Shown here one piece after another: positions 20,540 through 30,532 of a stretch of DNA of 64,000 nt. The notes under the pieces were generated by a model that saw only the letters and a program-made list of their open reading frames with translations, did no database searches and had not been told where the DNA came from. The DNA is taken from NCBI RefSeq assembly GCF_009914755.1, contig NC_060947.1. One strand, written 5' to 3'. The position numbers and the translations under genes are program-made. Numbering within the stretch: position 1 is the first letter of the stretch; each line of letters starts with the position of its first letter. This DNA comes from the human T2T-CHM13v2.0 reference genome, Homo sapiens.

Positions 20540-21212
20540 TTCTCTGAAACAAGTTTCAAAATATATACCGAATCCAACCACTTATCTCCACCCACACTGC
20601 CATTCACCTGTATTATTGCAATAGTCTTTTTTTTAAATCTGCCTGATTCTGTCTACTTACAGTCTATTTTTGATCCAATGGCCAGAGAGAGCCACTCAAA
20701 ATTTAACTCAAATCATGTCACTCCTCTGCTCTAAACCCTACAATGTCTCCCTATCTCAAAGCAAAAACTAGAATTTTTGCAATGGCCTATTTCCCTTCAG
20801 CTTTTAGACCTCATCTAGTCTTTAGCTACACTGTCTTCCTTGCACTTTCTCCAACAGAAAATGAACATTCTGTTTTCACTTGTTTCTTTCTTCTGAATCC
20901 TCTGTCCTCTTACCTCACTCCATTAACTCTTTCATATTTTAGTTAAATGTCAATTATCTGTGAAGTCATCCTAGACTATCACATTTAAAATTGTGACGTC
21001 CACCTCCCAGCATTCCGTATATTCCTTCCCTGCTTTTTTTTTTCTCCATAGAGTTGATTACTGTCTGATATACCATAAAATTTAATTACTTATCAGTGTT
21101 TCTCCCCACTATGATATATGCTTAATAAAGCCGGAGGCTTTATCTGCTCACCACTGATGTCTCCATACATAGAACAGCACTAAGTACTCAATAAATATTT
21201 GCTGAGTGAATA
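20540..21212 (+). mobile_element. L2 fragments
   Basis: aatcatgtcactcctctgctctaaaccct and the L2 terminus gtactcaataaatatttgctgagtgaat. Confidence 0.7.
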
Positions 21213-21219
21213 CAGTGGT

Positions 21220-21380
21220 CCCATACTGTGTGCCAAGCACTAAGTTAAGCAGTTTGCTTGCATTATCTGAGGAAATCCTGCTTGTAAGGTAGATACCATT
21301 AGGTTCTCTATTTTTAAAAGGGAAAACCCGTGAAACTCAGAGAGGTTAAGTGACTTTCCCAAAGCCATAGATGGATTAGC
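21220..21380 (-). mobile_element. MIR fragment
   Basis: tactgtgtgccaagcac...ctcagagaggttaagtgactttcccaaagcca. Confidence 0.7.
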
Positions 21381-21789
21381 TAAAAGGGGGTGGGGGTGCC
21401 AGGTTATGTTGGATTTTGTGTAGGAGCACATTTCCTGAGTAGGAAGCAGCCTGGAGTAAAGGCTGTGGTAGGTCTTGGGGGTGCTGGGTGGAGAGGAGGA
21501 ACACAAGAGGAGACCTGGTTTCTTGAGGCAAGATACTGATTTCATTGGCATCTACTAGCAAGTCTATGTCTTTTTCAACAATTGGAGTTTTACAAAGAAA
21601 ACTTTTTTAGTTTGCTGCAGCTGCCATGGATTTGAGACTGCAAGAGTTCTGGCCCCTTGAGGCACTGGATTTCAGACAGAAGCCATACCTGGCAGAAGGA
21701 GACACCTGAGAGTAGTGGATTGACATGAAAATAGGAAAGTTTATTATCCACATGGTTCTCTCTCTCTCCTACCATTTTGCATAACCTAC

Positions 21790-21975
21790 GTTACTCATCT
21801 TTCTTTAATTTGTGCATATTTGTAAACAACGTTCTATTAATTCAGCCTGCCATCCACTACAGTGTAATCTTAGGAAGGCAGAGCAAGAATTTTTGTCTTT
21901 TATTCACTGCTGTATCCCCATGCCTACACAGTACCTGGCACACAGTAGACGCTCAACAGAGAGTTGTGAAATGAA
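21790..21975 (+). mobile_element. L2 3' end fragment
   Basis: ttcactgctgtatcccca...cagtacctggcacacagtagacgctcaa...gaaatgaat. Confidence 0.7.
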
Positions 21976-22380
21976 TCTTTGCCCTTGGAAACAAAGGCGT
22001 CCTCTTGATGGAGGGAGTAAGGAGAGTAAGGGAAAGCTCTTTTCATTGGCATCCTGGGCCAGTGCCATGCAGTAAACCCCTGCGAGGGAATTGGGCAGAA
22101 GGAGACTGCAGATGCAGGTTGGACGCGGGAAGATCGGTGAAAGGGAGGAGGCCGCGGTGTAAGGACTGAATCCTAGAGAGCGGAACTTTGCCTGGTTTCT
22201 GCAGGTCTCTATCTGACTTTGAGGGGAGCTGGTCAGAAATCCCTGGAGGAGTTCCTGTCCCCAAAAGCACAATACTGACGCTATGGGGACCAGATGGACA
22301 GAATCAAGAAAGATGAGACAGAAAGGCCTGGGAGCTTGGGGAGTGGGTGAACAAGTTCCTGTGAAAGTGAAATGGCCCTT

Positions 22381-22455
22381 CATTTGAATGCAAATGCTAT
22401 GTAAAAGCCTGAAGCCCCTTGACGTCAGCCCAGCCATTGGTGGCCTATCTATACA
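22381..22455 (+). promoter_or_regulatory. CDX4: CDX4 proximal promoter: octamer ATGCAAAT 22388-22395, CRE TGACGTCA 22420-22427, inverted CCAAT 22436-22440, TATA-like tatctataca 22446-22455
   Basis: Exact consensus motifs clustered 180-250 bp upstream of the ATG. The TSS itself cannot be determined from sequence. Confidence 0.65.
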
Positions 22456-22636
22456 GGGCTGCTAGTCACCTGGATACCCTCGTAAGAAACGTGGGATGGA
22501 GTAGCCTGAGGGGTGCAAAAGAGCTTGCGGCACAACTACGTACTGATAAGTTTATTCTCTGCTGCTTCTCAAAGTCGAGTTGGGGCCTTACAGGGACTTC
22601 AGGATGGCTTAGGGAGCGCCTTCTACCCAAGACACG

Positions 22637-23138
22637 ATGTACGGAAGCTGTCTTTTGGAGAAAGAAGCAGGCATGTACCCGGGCACTCTCATGAGCCCTG
22701 GGGGCGACGGCACAGCTGGGACAGGCGGCACAGGGGGCGGTGGGAGTCCGATGCCAGCCTCCAATTTCGCTGCGGCACCGGCTTTCTCGCACTATATGGG
22801 GTATCCTCATATGCCCAGCATGGATCCTCACTGGCCGTCTCTGGGAGTCTGGGGCTCACCCTACAGTCCCCCGCGAGAAGACTGGAGCGTGTATCCTGGG
22901 CCGTCTAGTACAATGGGCACAGTGCCGGTGAACGACGTGACCTCTAGCCCCGCCGCTTTCTGCTCGACCGACTACAGCAACTTGGGCCCTGTGGGCGGTG
23001 GAACTAGCGGCAGCAGCCTACCAGGCCAGGCTGGCGGGTCGCTTGTCCCGACGGACGCAGGCGCCGCCAAGGCCAGTTCCCCCAGCAGGAGCCGCCACAG
23101 CCCCTATGCATGGATGCGCAAGACGGTGCAGGTGACGG
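22637..23138 (+). CDS. CDX4: CDX4 coding exon 1 (N-terminal domain and YAWM hexapeptide)
   Basis: MYGSCLLEKEAGMYPG...SPYAWMRKTVQVT-G; 502 nt; donor G|gtgagt at 23139. Confidence 0.98.
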
Positions 23139-26100
23139 GTGAGTAATCAATTCCAATGCCCACACACTTTTCCTTCCTTCCCTTCTCCGCTACTTCTCTT
23201 GGTCGGCCTGCCCTCGTACTTCTCAGGCCTCTCCCAAGAGGGCTTAGCTGAGGCGACCCCTATATGGCTGGCTGGCCTATTAGGCATCTCCCTCGCATTC
23301 GCCTGGGCTCAAAACTCACTCACTGAGTGCAGCGATTGGGACTAAACCTACCCTAGAGGTGATTTTCGCCTTTCGCTGCTCCATGAAGAAAGCGAGTGAG
23401 TGGACAATGGGTATGTTAAGCCACAAGGATCAGGATGCAACCCTGTAGTTGCCCACATGGGAAAAGAGATGCATGAGAAAGCTCAACGGGTGAATGAAGC
23501 GAGAGGGCAGCTGTAGTGTCCCGTTGTTCAGGCACTGCTGCTTGACTGTTCCATTTCCAAACCCTTACCCATCTGAGCGGGCTGTCTCCCCCCTCCCCGC
23601 CCCCAAAGCTGGTGATGCTCAATTTAGGTTCACAGTGCTTGGCTGGCAACGGACCCTCCAGTTTAGCCACTAAGTCCCCGACGGCAAAGCAACCTCTTCA
23701 CCCTGGCCTCTCAGGGAAGCTCCAGCTTCCTTCCTACAAGTTGGCAGAGGCAAATTGGCCTAAAATCCATTGCCATCTTACAACGTCCTTTCTTCTAACC
23801 CAAGTGTTGAGGCAGGCGAGAAGGCTACAGCACTGACCTGGTACATAATACGGTACCTAACCCTCACACCCGCCCGACACGCAAACGAATCAGCTCCAGC
23901 ACTAATAAATGGCTAAAGCCCTCATAACTATCAAAGCAGGCGTCTCTCAGGCGTGGGGGCTGAATGCAGGTCTGCGGCAGCGCGAGAGAAGTCAAAGCGA
24001 TCGCGATCACAGCCTAACCAGCAAGCCAGTGGGCGACTGCTGGGAGCCAGGGCGAGGGAAGTGGCCGTTCCACTTTAATCTTAACCGGGGCTGGGGGAGG
24101 AATGTTTGTTTTCAACTGTTGTTCTTTTATTACATTCTTATTATTCCAACCCTCGCTCCCTGTCATTAGAGAAAATTAGTAAAAATCGACTCTGAGTATT
24201 TTCATCCCTCTGGGGAGGAAATGGCATTTCAATAGCATTTGTCCGCAATGATTATGCTCCTGTTCTCAGTTCTGCACTTTGTCTTTCCTCCAAAAAGCAA
24301 AGACAGGAGGGTGGGAAGTGACCCATTTTTACCATTAGGAGAACTTTTAGCCAGGAAGAGGAAGTTCTGTGTATTAGAACCTCACTAGAGTAGCGATCCC
24401 AAGGTAAAAGTAGAGTTGAAATACTTGGCTTTAAAGCGTTTGCAAGTAAATCTGCATTTTAAAAAAATATGAGTGAGTCTGTCGACTAAGTAGAATAGAA
24501 AAAGAGGTTAGGGTGGGGCACTCCCAGAGTTTTTATTACATCTAATCTCGGGGTTGTAATTAACATCCACTCACTAAACCCTAACAATCAGCAAAAGACA
24601 CAAAAGCTAGAAAAGTAGTTGCTCGCAGTCTAGGATTATGTTTTGAAACACATTAAGAGGAAAGTCACTGGCGTGCTGTTTGCAATAGAGAACAAGAGAG
24701 GAAATGGATGAGATAAAAGAAATTATCTCCAGCCTTGAATTTTCTATTTATGAGGAAAAATATGACAGTTTTATCTGCTTAAAGGTCTTCCGTTTACATT
24801 TGCTTTTATTAGCCTGAGTCTCTCTCTTGGGCAATTCTAATGCCAGGAAAGGTTTCGAAACGGGCTCCTTAGTCTCTTGCATCTTTGAGCTAAACCCTCA
24901 AACCTGACTTTACAATGGCACCGTCACAAGATTTTCTATCCAATTTCTATGAGAAGTTTAAAATGGAATGATATTGGAACCATTTCGATTTTTGGCAGCC
25001 TATTCTATAGATGAGGCTTCATTAAATTAAAACTTCGTTTCATTTTAATGTCTTATAAATGAAAATAACCCTTTTGCTGTATTCTTATAGTCTAAGGTGC
25101 ATATTTAGCAGCAATTTAAGAATATGATGAAAAACTTTGGTTATCTCCCTAGAAAAAATGCACAAAGGCACAGCAGCACACACACAAACACAAGTAATTT
25201 GTTACATAATTTTAGGAGATTCATGGATCCATTGAAGCCCTTTCAAGGGACATCAGGTTATAAACCCCACGAAAAAAATTAAGCTGATCACCTCACTAGG
25301 CCACCCACTCAGGACCAAAATGCACCCATTTATATGCTTAGTACATAGTGGGTCTTAAATATTTGTTTAATGAATGAATGAGTCAGATCCTCCTAAATTT
25401 TCCACTTCACTCTGTAGTACTGTGGGATAACATATGGTTTATGACTGAGAGGAAAAGATGAACTTCAATATGGAAGTAACCCTTGATTAAGGTAGTCAGA
25501 TGAAAGTTCTTTCCATTACTGAAAAATGTCTTAAATAAATGTAAAAAAGGAAAAAATGCATGTATTAGTGGACAATCAGAAAACATTTCATAGCGACCAT
25601 TATAGCATGTTATTTTCTAATGAGAGCAAGGAGGCTGACAGATAGAGTAAATGACTGTTCCCTAAGTGACCTGATTTAAAAAGAAGGCATGTTTATTTCC
25701 ACTTAGTTCTCTAAGTGGTCTATTTCTATACATATCTAACTTTAAATATTATGCAAAAAGGAATATGACAGAAAAGTTTCTATGGAAAATTTAATATTTT
25801 CATGCACTTTCACATTTTAAACATTGGCAAGGTGATAACCTAAGCAGGCTGGAGAGAGGCTTTTCTGTTAGAAGTGGAAAAGAGGGGGAGAGCAGGAAGT
25901 AATTGTGATTGATTCTGATTCTGATTGATTGTTTTAAGCCACTGGACAACATGAAGGAATTTATGCTTGAAAGGCATTATTCAATAAGGACACTTCATAA
26001 AATTAGTTGCTTAATAATTCTTGAGAGTTATCATTGTCCCTTGGTTTTGCTCATTTCATGGGACAACTTTTTAAAAATGAATTTGGATGCAATTTTTAGC

Positions 26101-26849
26101 TAAAAACAGTGAAATATTACCATAAGATGAAAAGTCCTCACAGTGGAGTCCATTAGACAGTACTCCCTACATAAGAATATTCATTTTCATAATCTTTACA
26201 TTCACTCCCATCATCATCACCTCTATGTTTGGAGAGTGACTTTCTGCCTAGCAGCACTTTTGCAGCCAGTCTTTCAAATGAACACCATTTTAATTTTATT
26301 TAGGGTGATAAGTTATCATATATTATGACATTTGCTTGTGAATTCTGGGGAGATAATGTGGTTGGGAGGATGGGAAGGACTCCATCCATCTTTAACTACA
26401 GAAGTTTTTCTGACTCTTTGAGGAGAAGGCAAATACATCATAGATAGTATTAATTTCCTAAATAAACTCAATAATGGCTGAAAATGGAGCCCATCACCCT
26501 CAGAAATGTCATAGTCTCTGGAAGAAGAGAACAGCTTGAACAATAAAAGTTAGTTCTGTTAGTGCTATTTTTTTGGTGCTTGGGTATGGGAATATGGACA
26601 TTATGCTTTACCAGAAAATGTCCAAATCCCCTTCATCATCTGTTCTGGTTTCATCATTTTATCTGGTTTCATCATTTAAGAAGAAGGGGCAATGGGATTG
26701 AGAGAGACAATTTGAGGAGCGGGACACAAAAGGAGCACCAGGAAATTCAAATTTATTTCTCTTTGTAAACTGTGCAGTCAGTTTTTTCCCCTGAGCTACA
26801 TCTTCTTGGAGTTTTAGGTCTTATCTGTCAGATTTTGGCAACAGACTCT

Positions 26850-27200
26850 TTTTAACACTTCACATGGCTTTGATATGCAGCCAGGATCTTCCTTATCCCT
26901 CCTTTCTTCAGGGGTTATATTGCCGGAAAGGGTAGGATTTTTATGGCAAATAAAGGGGCCTGGTCTTGACTTTATTGTCCTCAGAAGAAACTGCAAGAGG
27001 GGAATTTATGACCAATGGGGGTGGGGAAGGACTACAACATTTCCAGAGTTATTGATGTCTGATTATGTTTATTGATTATCAAAGAGCATAAAACATGGAT
27101 AAAGACAAGTTGAATTTTTAACCAGTCTGCCTCAAGTTATAATTTAAACACTCAGCAACTTTAAGATTAAGAAGGGTTTTAGAAAACATGATTTCAAAGA
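26850..27200. promoter_or_regulatory. Candidate intron-1 enhancer (TCF/LEF, CDX, T-box, ETS motif cluster)
   Basis: CTTTGAT 26868, ATCAAAG 27078, TTCAAAG 27193; TTTATGG 26940, TTTATTG 26971 and 27068, TTTATGA 27005, CATAAA 27087; CCGGAA 26923. Confidence 0.5.
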
Positions 27201-28269
27201 TACATTTCGATCTCAAGATTTGATGTTCTAGAAATAAATTAAATCTCCAAGTTTTCATTTTTTTCTCTAAATATGCATTCTGTCTTTGCAACATGCCAAA
27301 AGGCAGACTTACGGTTTCCAGGTTTTTGCTTAGACTCAGAAAACCAGCTCAAAATTTAGGATTTTAAGGTAGGTTAACTGACTGGACCGCATAGTTTTCC
27401 TTTTCTAAGAGCGGGAAAAGGAGATTTTGTTCAGTTCATTATTTAGCCATTTAGATTAATCTTAAAATATATCACTTATCTAAAATTTATTTCTTCACTG
27501 GTGTCCTTTTTTTTTTTTTTTTTTTTCCTTTTCTGGAGATGAAAGGGTGTCTGACATTTGTTTAGGGCTTGTAAATTCTGAACCAATTGGCTGGTGTTCC
27601 TGAATGTAAAGAGGGTTCAGAATGGGATCTGATGCTATGTAACTCTTTTGTTAGGCCTGTGCTGTATCTTAACACCTCAGTGGAGTTTAGGGAACCACTT
27701 TAAAGACATCTTTGTCCTACAGATCGCCCCCAAAAAATCACATAAAAAACAACCAGGGAAGATCAGAAGGAGTATTTAAAAGCCATAGAGAAAAGGAGGA
27801 AGATCCTGGAGGAGGGTAGAGAAATTAAAAAGAAAAGAGAACTTCCTAAGTATCTTTGGAAAATTTGAAAGGAGGAATAAAGCTCTATTCGAAGGAGGGC
27901 ATGAGGAATTAGTTAAATGTTGTAACACAAAGCAAATGTTTGTATATCCTTTCAAAGGGCATGGAATACTCACTTTATTCTGCTTAAGTCAACACCTCCT
28001 CCTTCCCCCATTCACTACCTACTTGGTAATAAAAATTAAGACTCCCACATAAAAACTATTTTTTTTTCTAATAGGTAATGGGGTTTTCTGAAACAGAATC
28101 TGCTAAATGACAATTAATGTTTTCTTTTTAAATTACTATTCAAACCAAACTCTAGGAAATTATGTAACTATAATGTTAGGATCCCACAAGTGTTTTCCAC
28201 TCTTGGGCCATTATTATGCGTCCCAGCATATTTGAACTTGGAATAACATTTAGTTAGCATACTTAAATA

Positions 28270-28480
28270 GGAGTCAAAGATATGTGTTTGGGTCCCCACT
28301 CCTCAATTCTCTAACACAAAGTCATTTACCTTAACTGAGCTTCATGTTTCTTATCTGTAAAATGGAGATAAGACATGTTCTGCATAATTCAAGAAGGTAG
28401 GTAAGAGGTTTAATAGGAACAGTATGAAAAGACTGCATAAAATGTAGTGGGAAGTGCCTGTATAATGGACAGCTGCTATT
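28270..28480 (+). mobile_element. MIR in intron 1
   Basis: aagtcatttaccttaactgagcttcatgtttcttatctgtaaaatggagataa. Confidence 0.65.
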
Positions 28481-28898
28481 ACTGCCAATGCTAATCACAT
28501 ATGTAAGTGGGAAGGTAATAAACACCATGGGTTAAAGTGTTTAAGCATTTTCAATGCTCTGCTGTGAAAATAGGTCAAGATGGGATGATTGTGATTTGAC
28601 CAATCATTTTAGGAGAAACATTAATTAAAGAGATGTTGGTTTTATATATAAGGAGAGATATAGATATAGAGATATATGTCTATGTCTATAGATGGTAGAC
28701 AGAGATATTGCTATCATAGCCACAGATGAGAATGTATTTAATGGAGAAATTGACTTTTATGAATATTTGATTCAAAAATATACTTATTTTATATTTTAAA
28801 GCAAAGATGAGGGTGGGAAGAGTGTCTATGATTTCTTTAACTAAAACAATCTCCAAGAAGCAGAAAAAGATTAAATGCAATGCTTTCTCTCCTAACAG

Positions 28899-29044
28899 GG
28901 AAAACCAGGACAAAAGAAAAGTATCGTGTAGTTTACACTGATCATCAAAGATTGGAGCTGGAAAAGGAATTCCATTGCAATAGATATATCACCATCCAGA
29001 GAAAATCAGAGCTGGCAGTTAACCTGGGCCTTTCCGAGAGACAG
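28899..29044 (+). CDS. CDX4: CDX4 coding exon 2 (homeodomain helices 1-2)
   Basis: Acceptor tttctctcctaacag|GG; (G)[48 protein letters not shown]; 146 nt; donor CAG|gtacac; phase matches exon 1. Confidence 0.98.
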
Positions 29045-29499
29045 GTACACCAGAAGTATATCCAACATGTCCCGTATAGTCCATTTCAATAGAATCAGAA
29101 TTCTAGAATTGTAAAGTCCCTTAATGCATTGCCTTATCCCAAGTAGCTTGCATTTCAACCACGTGTGAAGGCACATTGATATCGCTCTCTTCTATCTCCA
29201 GCAAGAGATATAAAATATTTCATCACCCTTGTTCTCTCATTTATGTGTTTCATTAATATTTTACTAATAGGAAGACAAACTTCTTATTAGTAATAGTATA
29301 CTAATAGGAAGATAAATTTTCTATTTTATTTTATTAATATTATACTAATAGGACGTTTCTCTTTAGTGAAATATTAATAAAACATAGAAATGGTTGATTA
29401 TAATTACCTTTGCTATTTAAATCTCTCTCTCTTATCAGCACACCTCAGCTTCTGTCATTCCAGCATTATTTATTTCTACCTGTGCAACAGAGGAGGTGG

Positions 29500-29710
29500 G
29501 TAAGGTATAATATTAAGATTATTGCATTCAGAGTTAGTAGCCCTAGACTTGGATCTCAGTTTCATTTCATGCAAGGTACTTGCCCTCTCTAAGTCTCAAG
29601 CTTTTTTTCTAACCTGTTAAGTGGGCATACTTCACAAGGTCATTGTGAGGCTGAAATGAAGTGATGCATATGAAAGGGCTTTGTAAATGCTAAAGTCTCT
29701 GTACAATATC
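29500..29710 (+). mobile_element. MIR in intron 2
   Basis: cctctctaagtctcaag...cctgttaagtggg...ttgtgaggctgaaatgaagtgatgcatatgaaag. Confidence 0.6.
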
Positions 29711-29760
29711 AGAAATCACTAAGTTAACTGCATTCAGTATGTTGCCCCATTGTGTTTCAG

Positions 29761-29967
29761 GTGAAAATCTGGTTTCAGAATCGCAGAGCCAAGGAGAGAA
29801 AGATGATCAAAAAGAAAATCTCCCAGTTTGAGAATAGTGGAGGCTCGGTGCAAAGTGACTCTGACTCCATCAGCCCTGGGGAACTACCTAACACTTTTTT
29901 CACCACACCATCTGCTGTTCGTGGATTTCAACCTATTGAGATACAGCAGGTTATAGTCTCCGAATGA
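29761..29967 (+). CDS. CDX4: CDX4 coding exon 3 (recognition helix and C-terminus)
   Basis: Acceptor tgtgtttcag|GTG; VKIWFQNRRAKERK...QQVIVSE*. Joined CDS is 855 nt = 284 aa plus stop. Confidence 0.98.
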   Translation: MKIWFQNRRAKERKMIKKKISQFENSGGSVQSDSDSISPGELPNTFFTTPSAVRGFQPIEIQQVIVSE

Positions 29968-30526
29968 AAGAAAGCAAAGAGAAATTTAAAGTGCCCTTTT
30001 TTTAGTGATGTCTTTTGGGTCTCTAAGCTATCTACAGGGGAGTTGGAGCAGGGTGTAATTCCCTGTAAGGCAGTATTTGGAACAGATGGATGCACAATGG
30101 GTTGAAGATAATTTAGGGGACTCTTACTTTTAGAAACTATCCCCAGAAAACTCCTGTCACGTGCTGTGCTATATGTCAGTCACTCAGGAATCTTAGTGGT
30201 AAGGTATATAATTAAAAGCTAGAATCACAGGCCCTTCCAACTCTGTTCACAATTTCAGAAACTTGCTTATGAATAGACTGTAAAATACAATTTTGCCAGA
30301 AAGCACATTTGTGTATGTGTACTTCTGTTTGTTATTTGATGCTAGGTGTTTTCTTTTATGCTATCTTTAAGGAGTGAGAAGAAGGTAAACCGAAGTTTAT
30401 CTATCTTTAGCTACCTTTCCAAGTGTTTAATTCAAAAGCTAACAGAATTTTTATAATAAGATAAATGTTTTAAAAATCATCAGAAGGTGATTCTGATTCC
30501 ATTGTCACTGCTTAACAAGAATAACC

Positions 30527-30532
30527 AATAAA
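30527..30532 (+). terminator. CDX4: Candidate CDX4 polyadenylation signal AATAAA (3'UTR ~29968-30550)
   Basis: First AATAAA I find after the stop codon, ~560 nt downstream. Confidence 0.65.

Larger units (their letters stand above)
22080..24060. promoter_or_regulatory. CDX4: CpG island over CDX4 promoter, exon 1 and proximal intron 1 (approximate limits)
   Basis: GC-rich with abundant CG dinucleotides, in contrast to the CpG-depleted flanks. Confidence 0.8.

Noticed and set aside
21904-22931. Overlapping and antisense ORFs (177, 121, 131 aa) around the promoter
   Set aside because: Expected in GC-rich sequence with few stop codons; no recognisable domain.
22637-23146. 169-aa single-exon ORF
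   Set aside because: It is CDX4 exon 1 running 8 nt into intron 1; a canonical donor at 23139 joins in phase to the homeobox exons.
26644-26678. 16-bp direct repeat tctggtttcatcattt in intron 1
   Set aside because: Only two copies; ordinary micro-duplication.
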